Source: Nymphaea colorata (taxonomy: Eukaryota). From it: DNA of 64,000 bases. How positions within the stretch are numbered: position 1 is the stretch's first letter; every line of letters begins with the position of its first letter. A program made the position numbers and the translations under genes. The notes under the pieces were generated by a model. It did not search any database. It was not told the DNA's origin and saw only the letters and a program-made list of their open reading frames with translations. Positions 13,368 through 25,916 of this stretch are shown here, piece by piece. The stretch covers positions 7,998,001-8,062,000 of the forward strand of contig NC_045138.2 in assembly GCF_008831285.2 (NCBI RefSeq), read 5' to 3'.

Positions 13368-14122
13368 CCGTCATCATTTGTCTAAGGGCCTATTTGGATC
13401 ATATACAAGTTATATCAATTGTACAAAATTTTTCATAAACATGCATACGAGCATCATGTAGTAATCATTGAGGAGATTCCATGAACCCCTTTTATTTCAA
13501 TTTATCCGACCCTACCTCAATTTGGAGATTGTATGAAGCCCATGTTTGCTCTCAAATTTTCAAATCTATCTCTTAGGAATATATGCAATAGAGCCATCTG
13601 TTTTTGCATATTCTCTTGAGTGTTGAGAAACAAATCTTTACCTATATCATACATCGATCATCATGTTACCAGGCTATTTCTAGGACATTAATTTAAGGTA
13701 TATCCTTACAACTGGACCACCCAATTGAATAGAGAAGTCCCTCCGTTAGTATTGAAATTGACAATAGTCCTGGTATATCGATGGGTGAACAAGGAGAATT
13801 GAAAAGCCCAAATCTAAAAAACTCTTGGAGAAGTCTATGCCAATACCATAAATTTGGTATATAGGCATACCTTAGATTTTGGATAAATTGAAAACAATTT
13901 ACCCATTTATTCTCTATAGGTTCCAAGACCAACTTTCAAAACAATGCATATAGGCAAGAGTCATAGGGATTGCATTATCAATTTTCATTAAAGGCTTGTT
14001 TGATGCATGAGATGTGATGTTTTACCTTATCTCCAAATCTATGTCCAAACCCAATGTCAAAACTCTCATCGAGTCTTTATTGGGTCAATTTATGTTAACA
14101 TCTTATATTTTTTGTTGACCAG

Positions 14123-15543
14123 ATGGACTCAGAAAGCATTTTTTCATATGCCCACATCCTGCTTGGGACATCGTCTCAAGTGGAGTCTACCAAAGCAATG
14201 TAAGCATTGGGTTCGACAATAATGATATCTCCCAACATACCAAAACTCGCTGTCACTCCACCAGTTGTAGGGGATGTAAGGATTGATACATAGAATAACT
14301 TTTTATTTGATTGATAATTGTATAAAGCGGAAAATATTTTAGCCATTTGCATCAAGCTCAAACTTCCTTCTTGCATGCGCGCTCCTCCAAAAGCACACAC
14401 CATAATAACTGGGAGAGATCTAACCTACCTTAGTGGTATCTTTCATGGTACCCAACTTTTCGGTGTACGTTACTGGACCACTTAGAAGATTGTGGTCTCG
14501 AACAAGCAGTCAGTCTTGTCATGCAACCTATCAATGGCAGTTTAATCTATGTAGTTGCCGAAAGATGGAACCCAAGGACCAACACATTCTGGTTTCTATG
14601 GGGTGAAATCACTATCACTCTTGATGAGTTTTCCAACATTATGGGTTTGCCAGAACCAAAAGGTGACCCAAAAGGACCAATTGAAGACCAGTTCCTTGTA
14701 AACCAAGGTCAAGTCAAAACTCTAGAAGTGATTCATAAACTCACAGGAAAACGGAGTTGGCCCTTTATAGAAAAAGATGAACATCAATATCTTCAACTAC
14801 AAAAACTTGGTAAAACATATTCCCAATATGTCAACCCTGCTTCACTATCTAGAAGTGTTGCAGACAAGTACAAAAATTCTATAGTGACTTGTACTGTGGG
14901 TCTTATCTTCTTCAACAATGAAGGACACGTAATGGATTTTCACATAGCTTGCCTCTTCAGAAAATGGGGGCGTGTCAAAGTCCGCCACGTATCCATAGCA
15001 ATGGCAACCTTGGCATTCCTTTACTAAGGATTGACCAAATTTTCAATTGGGGATGTAGACTTGATAGAAGGATGTGTCTTCGCACTACAAGTTTGGTTCT
15101 ACAAACACGTGGGGCCACAATCATGCCACTTTCAAAACACCAACGGCCAGTTATCCAGTATGGAGCACTACCGCAGGAAGATGAAGAAAGTGGATGACTC
15201 CACCATCATTCGAGACTTCTTTGATCGAGAAGTCATCAAGTCAAGATACACCTACAACCCAGTCAAAGGAAGTTTTCTATTGAGACCATTCTTCATAGTT
15301 GAATACCATCTAGAGCGTTGCCTTAGACAATTCTCACTGCGTCAAAAGAAAGCACATCCAATTGAGTCAGATGGAGCCATTGTAGAGTGTGAACTAGATA
15401 CTGAAGAGTGGTCCATAATATACACCTATGCCCAACAACGTTGAGAATCATTTGCTGACTTATATCTTGTCCTTGGTCCAGGAATGGGTCCTGAATATGT
15501 AACATGGTGGGATGAAGTACACCCATCTATCATTCTGTCCTAG
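14123..15543 (+). pseudogene. Ogre extra ORF1 encoding a plant mobile domain (PMD, aminotransferase-like), interrupted by stops and a plastid insert
   Basis: LIYVVAERWNPRTNTFWFLWGEITITLDEFSNIMGLP, ALQVWFYKH, VEYHLERCLRQF and EYVTWW match PMD hallmark motifs. The start position is uncertain. Confidence 0.85.
14192..14421 (-). pseudogene. accD: Plastid-derived fragment (NUPT) of acetyl-CoA carboxylase beta subunit
   Basis: Translates to [76 protein letters not shown]. Confidence 0.95.
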
Positions 15544-15747
15544 ATCATCATGTCTAGTTCATTGTGGTTAAGCCAAAATTTGTCAATTTTTGTCAAGTTG
15601 TGTTGAACTTTGTCAAGTCTTGTCAATCTCATCTTTCTTTTAATATGCAATCGAAATTTATTATTTTGTCCTTTGTACAAATTATCTCTCATCAATTCAA
15701 ATCCTAACATTTTCAATTTTTCTTCTTACAAGGTGAACATCTACTTT

Positions 15748-17205
15748 ATGGTCGAGACCAGAAGCCAACAAAGGAGAAGAATTGAAATGGAGTTAGAGCA
15801 AACTTTTATGGGAGATAAGGGAGAAGAATCCTCCTCACAAACACCTCCCAAGATAGAAGCAAATGATCCAGAATTTGAAGAATACAGAAAATTTCAAAGA
15901 TACATGATTATGTTCAATGAAGAACAAGCCCAAGCAAAAAGGGCTAAAAAAAAGGGAAAGAAAATGAAGAAATATTCATCGAGCAATTTCGACTCTTTTG
16001 AAGACACTACCACAAAATCCAGTAGTGAGGAAGAATCAAAGACTCCCAAGAAAAAGAAGAAAGGAGAATTTTGAAAAACAAAGATAATGCAGTTCAACTC
16101 AAAGGCAAGAACAAAATGAATTTCACCAGCAAAGATTTCTATGAAAGTTTTGAATATGACAAGCATATAAAAAACTTGCCTAAGAAATTTATCAAATTTG
16201 ATAGCCATAGAGACCCAAAGGCACATTTGGCCATGTTTTTTGCAGAATGCTATAAATTTCACAACGATTTCTATGAAAGTTTTGAAAATGACAAGCATAT
16301 AAAAACTTGCCTAAGAAATTTACCAAATTTGATGGCCATAGAGACCCAAAGGCACATTTGGTCATGTTTTTTGCAGAATGCTATAAATGTCACCACGATC
16401 ATAGAGCTTGCTTTTGATACTTTCCAAGGAGCTTGAAAGGAATTGCAACATAGTGGTACCAGGAGCATATTAATCTAGTTGAATTCAAATTTTGACAAAC
16501 TAATCAACCTTTTCAATGAAAGGTTCATCTAGAATGTCGAAACTACACCAACGATCACCACACTATGTTAACTGAAACAGAGACCAAGTGAAAAGGTCAT
16601 GGACTTTATTCAAAGATGGAGGTCTTTCTGCAATAAGATGAGGGACCCAATCTCCCAGTCCCATTCATTGGGATTGATCGTCAACAATTTAACACAACCA
16701 TTGAGGAGCCTCATTTAACACAACCATTGAAAGAGCAGAATGCATCGAAGCAGGAATTGAAAATGGAGCTTTTGATGTCGTCATCCCAGTAAAGGCTATG
16801 AAAGATACAAAGAAAAATAGCAGGAGTCAAAATGCTTCGACCAACATCATAGCCAATGCCGCCACCTTCAAAAAATAAATGGCAGACTATCCCAAGAATA
16901 AAGGGGCAACATATAAAGCTAGTAGCAGTAGCAGCAACACTAAAAACAAACATCTTGGATGGGGATACGATAGAAAATTCACCCTATTACAATAGAGTTA
17001 TGAAGAAGTCATGCACATGCTGATTGAAAGAGGCAGTCTATTTCTCTCGAAAGTTTCCAACCCCCCATTGATGATGGGGAAAAACAAAGAACAATTCTGC
17101 AAATTTCATTGTACTGTAGGACACGATACAGAAGATTGTCTTGTGCTTAAAAATATTGTGCAAGATGCAGTTGACAAGAAAATTATCAAGGAGGTCAGTG
17201 AATAA
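15748..17205 (+). pseudogene. Ogre gag, frameshifted, with an internal ~130-bp tandem duplication at about 16135-16390
   Basis: Starts MVETRSQ. Contains KFDSHRDPKAHL, LKQRPSEKVMDFIQRWR and the knuckle FCKFHCTVGHDTEDCLVLK. Confidence 0.85.
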
Positions 17206-17559
17206 TCAGACATCCTCAACCATTTTCTTAAACATGAGAAAGGAACAGTTTCAATGGTCAGGTTTTCAACAAATCATCAAATAATGGTGGCAAACAAAAG
17301 GGATAAAGCATCCTTGGATTTCTTTGGTTACTTTCCAAACATGATAAATGATCCATCAATGCACAAACCGGACCGGACAAACAGGATTGTCAAACAGAGA
17401 TCAATCAAAAGTCATAGATATGTGATCCTGAACCTTCGGAATCTATTTTCAAGGAATTAGACCCCTCACCTCAAGTCAAGAAGGAAAGATTTAGCCTTAC
17501 AGAGGGAATAAATGGGCTTTTGGACTATATGAAAATGGTTCGATGACGTTTTTTGATAA

Positions 17560-18300
17560 AGATCTACCAATTGGAGGTGCATCGCATAATGTTGCCCTGC
17601 ACATACTGGTATAAACAAGGGGCACCAGGGTCTCCCATGTTTTAATTGATGGAGGAGCAAGCCTGAACATCTGTCCACAGCAAATAGCTCACAAAGGCAT
17701 AAAACAAGCTGACTACAGCCCGTCATCAATTTTCATCCGTGGATATGATGAAACATGACAACCTTTCATAAGATGTATATGTGTGGATCTGAATATCTTC
17801 GATACTAACCATCGGGTTTTATTCCATGTGGTGGATATAGAACTCTCATTCAACCTGTTGCTTGGCAGACCATGGATCCATGCTACCAATGCAGTTCCAT
17901 CTACTGTACATTAGTGAGTCAAGTAGACTCACAACAGGAATACTATAACTATCTATGTAGAGGACAGACAAATTCCTCTTATGCATCCAATGGTTCTGGT
18001 ACCAACGTATACAATCGAGGTACCTAGTATTCGAGTTTGCAAAAAAGAAGAAATATCTCAGGGTCTCAACAAATTGGCTATTCAGAAGCCAAAGAAACAA
18101 TATGGGTTGGAAAAAGATACAAAGCCTGAAACAAGTTACAAAGGTCATCCATTGTTCAGAAACTTCTGCCAGAATGAGAAAAGATTGGACCTGCTCATGT
18201 GCCATGGCTACCAACCATTCACTAGCCTCGGCAAACATGAAAATGGAATGTTGGAACCTATTATCTTGTTAGAATAGCGAGGTACCCGAGCCCTAGGATG
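17560..18300 (+). pseudogene. Ogre aspartic protease and G-patch domain
   Basis: LIDGGASLNIC at 17642, FNLLLGRPWIH near 17850, G-patch-like LLMCHGYQPFTSLGKHENGMLEPI at about 18190-18262. Confidence 0.85.
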
Positions 18301-18571
18301 CCAAAGTTATGAAAAAGTGGATGCCGAGAAAGAATTCAAGCCAGTACCTTTTGTCAAGAGCAACACCATAGGCAAATGTTTTCCATCAATCTGAATCAAC
18401 AAATCCACTATCATTTTGTCATCTAGTTATCATTTTGCCATTTTGTCGTCATTGTACTTCAATAGACCAAGTGTCTTTATTTTATAATACCTTCAAATAT
18501 GCAATGGCATGTGCAATTTACTTTCATGTAAAACGTCTCAAATTTCATCTAACCTCTTTATAATCTTTAGG

Positions 18572-21500
18572 ATGACATCTGAGGATCAAACATCAAAATC
18601 CTTTAAGGAGGTAAATCCAGAACTCACCGAAGTGGAATGTCTAGAGTTCATCCAAATAAGAAATCAAGATCAACCGTCACCTTTGATTGATGATCCGATT
18701 GAAGAAATTAACATTGAAATGGAAGAGAATCTAAAGGTTTTTGCTATCGAAACAAGTCCCTTGGCAGAAGAAAGAAAAGAGTTAATAGACTTCCTCAAAA
18801 AGCATCAAGAAGCCTTTGCATGGACTTATGAGGACACGCCAGGACTCGATAAAAAATTAGTGGAGCATCGACTACCATTGAAACCATAATGCAAGCCAAT
18901 CAAACAAAAATTGATGAAACTAGACCCTCGTCATGAGGGGCAGGTTAAGGAAGGTCTAGAAGACCTACTAAAGGCAGGGTTCATCCGAACAATTGAGTAT
19001 CCTGAATGGTTAGCAAACATCGTGGCAGTCCCAAAGAAAAATGGCAAAATTTGACTTTGCATCGATTTGAGAGATTTGAATAAAGCCACACCAAAGGATG
19101 ACTATCCACTTCCAAAGCATTGACTTGTTGGTAGATAGTACCGCAAGTCACGCTATGTTCTCTTTTATGGATGGATATTCTGGCTATAACCAAATTAAGT
19201 TGGCTGCTCAAGACCAGACGAAAATATCATTTAAAACCCCATGGGGCACCTTTTACTATACTGTAATGCCATTTGGTTTGAAGAACGCTGGGCAACATAT
19301 CAAAGGGCTATGGCAGTAATTTTTCATGATCAAATGCATCAAATCATGGATGCGTATGTGGATGATCTACTAATTAAGTAAAAAACAAGGGAAAATCACA
19401 TTGGCATTCTCTCTCAAGTTTTTGATAGACTCTTACAATATAAGCTTCGATTGAATCCACAAAAATGTATAATTAGTGTGAAATTTGGTAAGCTTTTGGG
19501 ATTTACGGTTAGTAAAAAGGGATTCGAGATGGATCCCTTCAAAGCAAAGGTGATCATTGAGATGTCACCACCAACAAATCTTAAGGAGCTACGCAGCTTG
19601 CAAGGCAGAATTCAGTCAATAAGAAGGTTTATATCTAATCTTGCCATGAGATATGAACCCTTCAACCATTTACTGCAGAAATGAGTCTAGTTTGAATGGA
19701 GACATGAATGTCAGGCCTCATTCGAAAAGATCAAGAAGTAGCTTCTTTGCTTGCCGATTTTAAAACCCCCAATTTTGAGAAAACCCTTACAGTTGTACAT
19801 CATAGTTAACAATTCAACCTGTGGTGGAATTTTTTTCTCAATATGAAGAAGGCATCGAATAGAACATGCCATTTATTACATCAATAAGACATTTGTGCAG
19901 TATGAAAAGAACAACTCGCACATGGAAAAAACTTGCTTAGACTTGGTATGAATGTGTCAAAAATCAAGGCATTACCTATTGGCATGCGAAGTTAAAATTT
20001 TATCCAAGCTTAATCCACTCAAGTATATCATCGAACAACCAATTCTGAATGGAAGGATAACAAAGTGGCAAGTTCTGCTGATGCAATATGATTTAGAATA
20101 TGTGTCACATAAATTAATCAAAGGTCAAACCATTGTAGATCAATTGGCAGATTTCCCTTTATCTGAGGATATTAAAACAAATGATGATTTTTCGAATGAG
20201 CAAATCCTAATGGCCGAACCAAAGCCAATATAAGATATGCATTTTGATGGATCTAAAAGCACAACGGACGCAGGCATTGGGATACTTTTTATTACACCAG
20301 AAAAGGAAATGATTCCTTACTCCCTCAATTGAATTTTTCATGCACGCATAATATGATAGAATACGAAGCCTTAATACAATGACTAAAAATGCTTCTCAAA
20401 TTTAAAGTGCAAAGTATTCACATTTTTAGAGATTCTCTTTTAGTTGTAAGTCAAGTCAATGGAGATTGGCATGTCAAAGATCAGAAATTGATCCCATATC
20501 AAGAATTAGCAACTTCCCTCTTAAGACAATTTGAGGAATATCAACTCTTACATGTCAAAAGAGAATTTAACCCAATTGCGGACGGTTTGGCCAGTTTTGG
20601 TTCTACCATTGCATTCAAACCTGGAGAATCTATCAGATCTTTTGAAGTCGGAAGACTCAAACAACCATCTTTTGTCATACCATAACAAGTGTTACAAGTA
20701 GAAAGTAGAGAAACACCATGGTACCAAAACATCAAGGATTTTCTTCGAACTAGAATACTTCTACCTGAAATATCTCGAAAAGAACAAAGGGCTCTGAGAG
20801 ACATGTCATCAAGATATTTTATTTTAGCTGACATTTTATATAGAAGAGGGTTTGGTACAAAAGATGCTAGATCTCTGGATGTAAATAAGGCACTAGAGAT
20901 CATTCAAGAAGCTCATGAAGGAATTTGTGGGGGACATGTAGGGTATTAGACCCTTGTCAAACATATAATCAGAGCAGGGTACTATTGTCCGACAATGCTG
21001 AAAGTCTGTCACCAATTTGTTAGAAAGTGCATCAAATGTCAGTTGCATGCACCATCAATTCATGCTCCAATAGCATACCTTCATTTGGTCAGCTCACCCT
21101 AGCCATTCTCAATGTGGGCCTTCGACGTGGTTGGTCCAATCAATCCACCTGCCTCAAATGGACACAAGTATTTTCTTGCAACCACAGATTACTTCACCCA
21201 ATGGGTGGAAGCAATCACTTTAAAAACAGTCGAAAGACAACATGTAGTGTCTTTCATTCACACAAACCTTTTGTGTAGATTTGGCATCTCACATGATATC
21301 GTTTCCAACAACGGTACTCATTTTAAAAATGAGAAAGTGCGCAATCTTTGTCACAAATACAAAATACAACATCACTTTTCTACCCCATATTACCCTCAAG
21401 GTAATGGCCAGGTAGGGGCAACCAACAAGATTTTGATTCATGTCTTAGAAAGAACTATTCAAACAGGCCGAGATTGGCATGAAAAAATGCACAATGCACA

Positions 21501-21582
21501 TTCTTATCGGCTGATTGATGCCGATAAGGTCAAAATTCCTAATCCAATTAATGCTTTGCATCTTAAGAAATTCTATACTTGA
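18572..21582 (+). pseudogene. Ogre pol: RT, RNase H, archaeal-type RNase H and integrase with a C-terminal internal deletion
   Basis: FAWTYEDTPGLD, FSFMDGYSGYNQI, VMPFGLKNAG, YVDDL, MHFDGS...DSLLVVSQVNG...NPIADGLA, HEGICGGH, WAFDVVGPI, YPQGNGQ, NALHLKKFY. Confidence 0.93.
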
Positions 21583-22618
21583 ATTTGTAACTCAGAAATT
21601 TCAAAACAATTGTACTTTGATAAGCACATTCTTAGCAATTTTCAAATCAACTAAGGGGCATAGTATCCCTTAGAGAAAATTTCAAAGATGCATCAAAATT
21701 TCCAAAATTTTCAAACTCAGCCCATGTCTTGAGGACAACAGCAAGGGCATTGGTTTGAAATATGCAAGAAATTTCAATGAAATTGAGCTATTAATGTACA
21801 TAAATTAATGTTGGGCCCGACAATTGAGTGGTTGTAAAGGTCTAGCATGAGACGCCATAAGAAAAATCCCTTGTAACCCAAAAGGCCTTGGCAAGATGCT
21901 AGAAAAGACTATCAAACAAAATGAGTTGAGCGATGAGCTTGGGGTGAGTGTAGTTCTTCCTCTGGTTCAAAGCTCTGCAGGTGCGGATGGGCACATGACC
22001 TATGCTTACACCATGAAGCTAAAAAGCGATCCATAAACATTTTGCTTATATTAAGTCTCCTAAAGCCTTTTGAATTCAAGTAAATAAGTCTGAGGAGTGT
22101 TTTACACTTGGTACCCTAAGACCAACTGGTCTAGGAGTTACCGGCCCAAAGCTCGCTACAAAGGTTCAGAAAAAAGCCCAATAGACTTGATATTGCATAA
22201 AGCAAACTACACAAACCACCAAAGCGGTGGAACTCCATAGTAGCTTTTGGGGTGGGGAGGAATTTCCCTCAAGAGTGAAGGGTGGTTCAAAAAGAAAATC
22301 AAAATTCAAAAGCTAAAGCCAATAGGTGAAAAACTAAGTAAAAAGGAGAGAAAAAATGCTTGCCAATGGTCTAAAAGGCGTCAAGGGCTAAGTTCTCCAA
22401 GCAACAAATGCAAAAACTTTCTTAATTGCAAAATTTTCCAACCAACATTAATTCCTCTACAGAGTCTCAAGTAAGATAGAGGAAAATCTTCTTATTTCAG
22501 GTCTATGCCTAGCATTTCCCCTCCAGTGAGGATGATTTGAAAAATGGATTTTTCAAATAATTTGCAAAAATTTGGTGTGTAAATCTTTGCTATTAAGAAT
22601 TTGTTAACTTGCTTAATA

Positions 22619-22633
22619 GCAAATAGGGGCATC
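22619..22633 (+). promoter_or_regulatory. Polypurine tract of the Ogre element
   Basis: GCAAATAGGGGCATC directly before the 3' LTR. Confidence 0.75.
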
Positions 22634-25600
22634 TGTTAACACCCCAAATTTTTCCACACCAAAATTGAATGAATGTCAAAATTTTACAAAAAAAATTGTG
22701 AAAAATGCAATTGCAAAACCAATTTTGAATCCAAAGAATAATTTAGATTCAAATCCTGAATTTATCTCGTGACCTGAATCCCAATGTAGGATTACCAGTC
22801 CAAGCTATGACAAAATTAGGATTTGAAATCCAAATTCAATTACAAATGTCGTTTGAAATACAAATTCAATTACAGATGTCATTTGAAATCCATATCCAAT
22901 TGCAAAATTTAGATTTTGATCTAAATATGAGAATTAGATCTAATTCAGTCTAGAATGCTACGCGGAACCTACGTGGGCCCCTCCTACCCGTGTGGTCAAG
23001 AGACTCCCAAGGGTCACACACCCTTTTTTAAAAAAAAAAGTATTTTCTCTTAATTAAATAAAAAAATCATTTTCAAGGAAAAATGAATGATATCATAACT
23101 AGAAACCTAGGAAAAGAAAGACATTTGTGCCTCTCTCTATTCCTTAACTAGGTCCTCTTTAAAGAGGGGTCAATCTCCAAAAAACAATAACTGGTCTGGT
23201 CTAACCCACTTAATTCAAGTAGGTTCGACTCTAGTGCACCCAAATGTGGTGCCAATTTCAGCTAGGCACGGTCAACATGGGCTCAACTCAATCAAAAGGG
23301 TAGGTCTGTCCCACGACCCAATCAGTGGATGAAAATAAACTTTGACCAAATCAAATTCACTTTGACTAAACTTAGTCAAAGTACAATTTAGCTCAATTAA
23401 GAGCTTTCTTAGCTCAAATTTATCAAATTACCTCAAACAAAGTCAAACTACTCGCAAATATGCTTTGACTTCGGTCAATTGGTCAAATTTGACCAATCTA
23501 GATAATTTTGCCCTTTTATGAGCAAATTGAGATTACAGAGCCTAAATTGGTTTATGAAAGACACATACACATTTGGGTTTATCAAATGTATAAATCAAAT
23601 ATCAAATTAAAATTCAATATTTCAAACCAAAGTTTGATTCAATTGAAATCTATTTTCAATCAAGTTTTGAATGAAAATACCCTTTTCGAATCAAATTTGA
23701 TAAAATTTTCAAATTTTATTCAAATTTTAATTGAATTGTCATAATTCAATAACATTTAGAGCTTAGTAACTAGGTTTAACCTAACAAGCTTGATTTAAAA
23801 AAAAAAAAGAAATAAATAGAACAAACTAAGGCAAAACCCTATGCAAGAGCATTTTTTATCCAAAATTTTGTGAAAGTTGGTCAGCTAGGTCTGAACCAAG
23901 GTTGACCACACCTAGCCCAGCCCACCTAGCATGTGTAAATGAGATAAGAATGATTAAATAGAGTCATTAAAAGCTCATTTAATCCATTTTTAAACTCCCT
24001 AAGCCTTGATTAATCTTCTAAGGCAAATTAAAGAAGGTGATTGTACCCTTCTTCTCCTCTATATAAACCCTCCCTTGGCAACCAAGGGGGGACAAATTTT
24101 TGACTATTGCATAAAGTTGTTACAACTAAGGAGCTAAGAGGGAGAAGCCAAGGAGGAGAAGAAGAATTCGTCCAAGCCCCCTTTCCCCTTTTCCTTTTCT
24201 CCCATTTTCTTCTTCATTTTCCTCTATTCTCTCCATTGATTTTGCTAAGTTAGGGTGCTTAAGTGAACCCTTACTTAGGATTTTCGTGGTCAGAAGCTCT
24301 CTTTCTCACTACAAATTCCATCAAGTAAACTATTCTTCTTCTTGCTTTGCTCAGCTTGAATCCAAGCTTGGAAAAAAAATAAATAAATAGAACAAACTAA
24401 GGCAAAACCCTATGCAAGAGCATTTTTTATCCAAAATTTTGTGAAAGTTGGTCAGCTAGGTCTGAACCAAGGTTGACCACACCTAGCCCAGCCCACCTAG
24501 CATGTGTAAATGAGATAAGAATGATTAAATAGAGTCATTAAAAACTCATTTAATCCATTTTTAAACTCCCTAAGCCTTGATTAATCTTCTAAGGCAAATT
24601 AAAGAAAGTGATTGTACCCTTCTTCTCCTCTATATAAACCCTCCCTTGGCAACCAAGGGGGGACAAATTTTTGACTATTGCATAAAGTTGTTACAACTAA
24701 GGAGCTAAGAGGCAGAAGCCAAGGAGGAGAAGAAGAATTCGTCCAAGCCCCCTTTCCCCTTTCCCCTTTCTCCCATTTTCTTCTTCATTTTCCTCTATTC
24801 TCTCCATTGATTTTGCTAAGTTAGGGTGCTTAAGTGAACCCTTACTTAGGATTTTCGTGGTCAGAAGCTCTCTTTCTCACTACAAATTCCATCAAGTAAA
24901 CTATTCTTCTTCTTGCTTTGCTAAGCTTGAATCCAAGCTTAGATTCTTGCTTAGGATTGCTCGATTTAAAAAATAGGTGAAGAAGCTCTAAATGCTAAGA
25001 ATTGGAGCTCTCTTTCTCACTACAAATTCCATCAAGTAAACTATTCTTCTTCTTGCTTTGCTAAGCTTGAATCCAAGCTTGGATTCTTGCTTAGGATTGC
25101 TCGATTTAAAAAATAGGTGAAGAAGCTCTAAATGCTAAGAATTGGGCACAAAAGCAGCACAAGCCGCTGAAGTCAAACGATGGTGGCAAGAAGAAGGAGC
25201 GCCATAGAAACATACCCTCCAAATCTTCAAATTATTCTGGGTGCTTCATTTGTATGAGCCCGTAAGGTAGGTGATTTTAACCACTTACTCATCTATTTTA
25301 GCTTCTTGTTAGTTCATTTTAATTTCAGCAATTCGTGGGAGGGGTTTATTTTCATTTTTTTTATGGCTGGGAATGATGTCCAGTAAGGAAAAACCTATGA
25401 TTAAATGTACATGTTAATGCATAATGCATGCATGAGTCGGTTTTTCTAAAAAAATGAACCCATAAATCAAATTTTGAAAAGGGCCCCAAGGCCACGTTCC
25501 TTTCAAAACAACCAGCTTAAAAACCATTTTGAACTCCCCACCATGATAGAATCCCGCAGTGAGAGAGTGATTTTGCTGCAATGTATATGACGAAAAAGCC

Positions 25601-25872
25601 CATTAAGGATGGATGCATTGTCATGAATATAATCCACCTTCGCATGGCGAAATTAAAGATGGACTAGCTTGAGCATTCATTTATCTCTTTCTATTTAAAG
25701 TAATTTTGTTTCATGTTTTTTTAATTGATCAAGGGTAGTAGGGGAGATTTGAAACAAGTTTTCAATCTTCTTACGTAAAAGAACCTAGCCATGAATCATT
25801 ATGATTCATGAGTTATGTGGTCCCTTGATAAAATTTCATTTTGAAGAGTAATGTATGTATATATATATGCTG

Positions 25873-25916
<44 letters not shown>

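Noticed and set aside
14176..14403. accD as a functional nuclear gene
   Set aside because: An internal fragment only, with no transit peptide, conserved residues mutated, and embedded in a retrotransposon.
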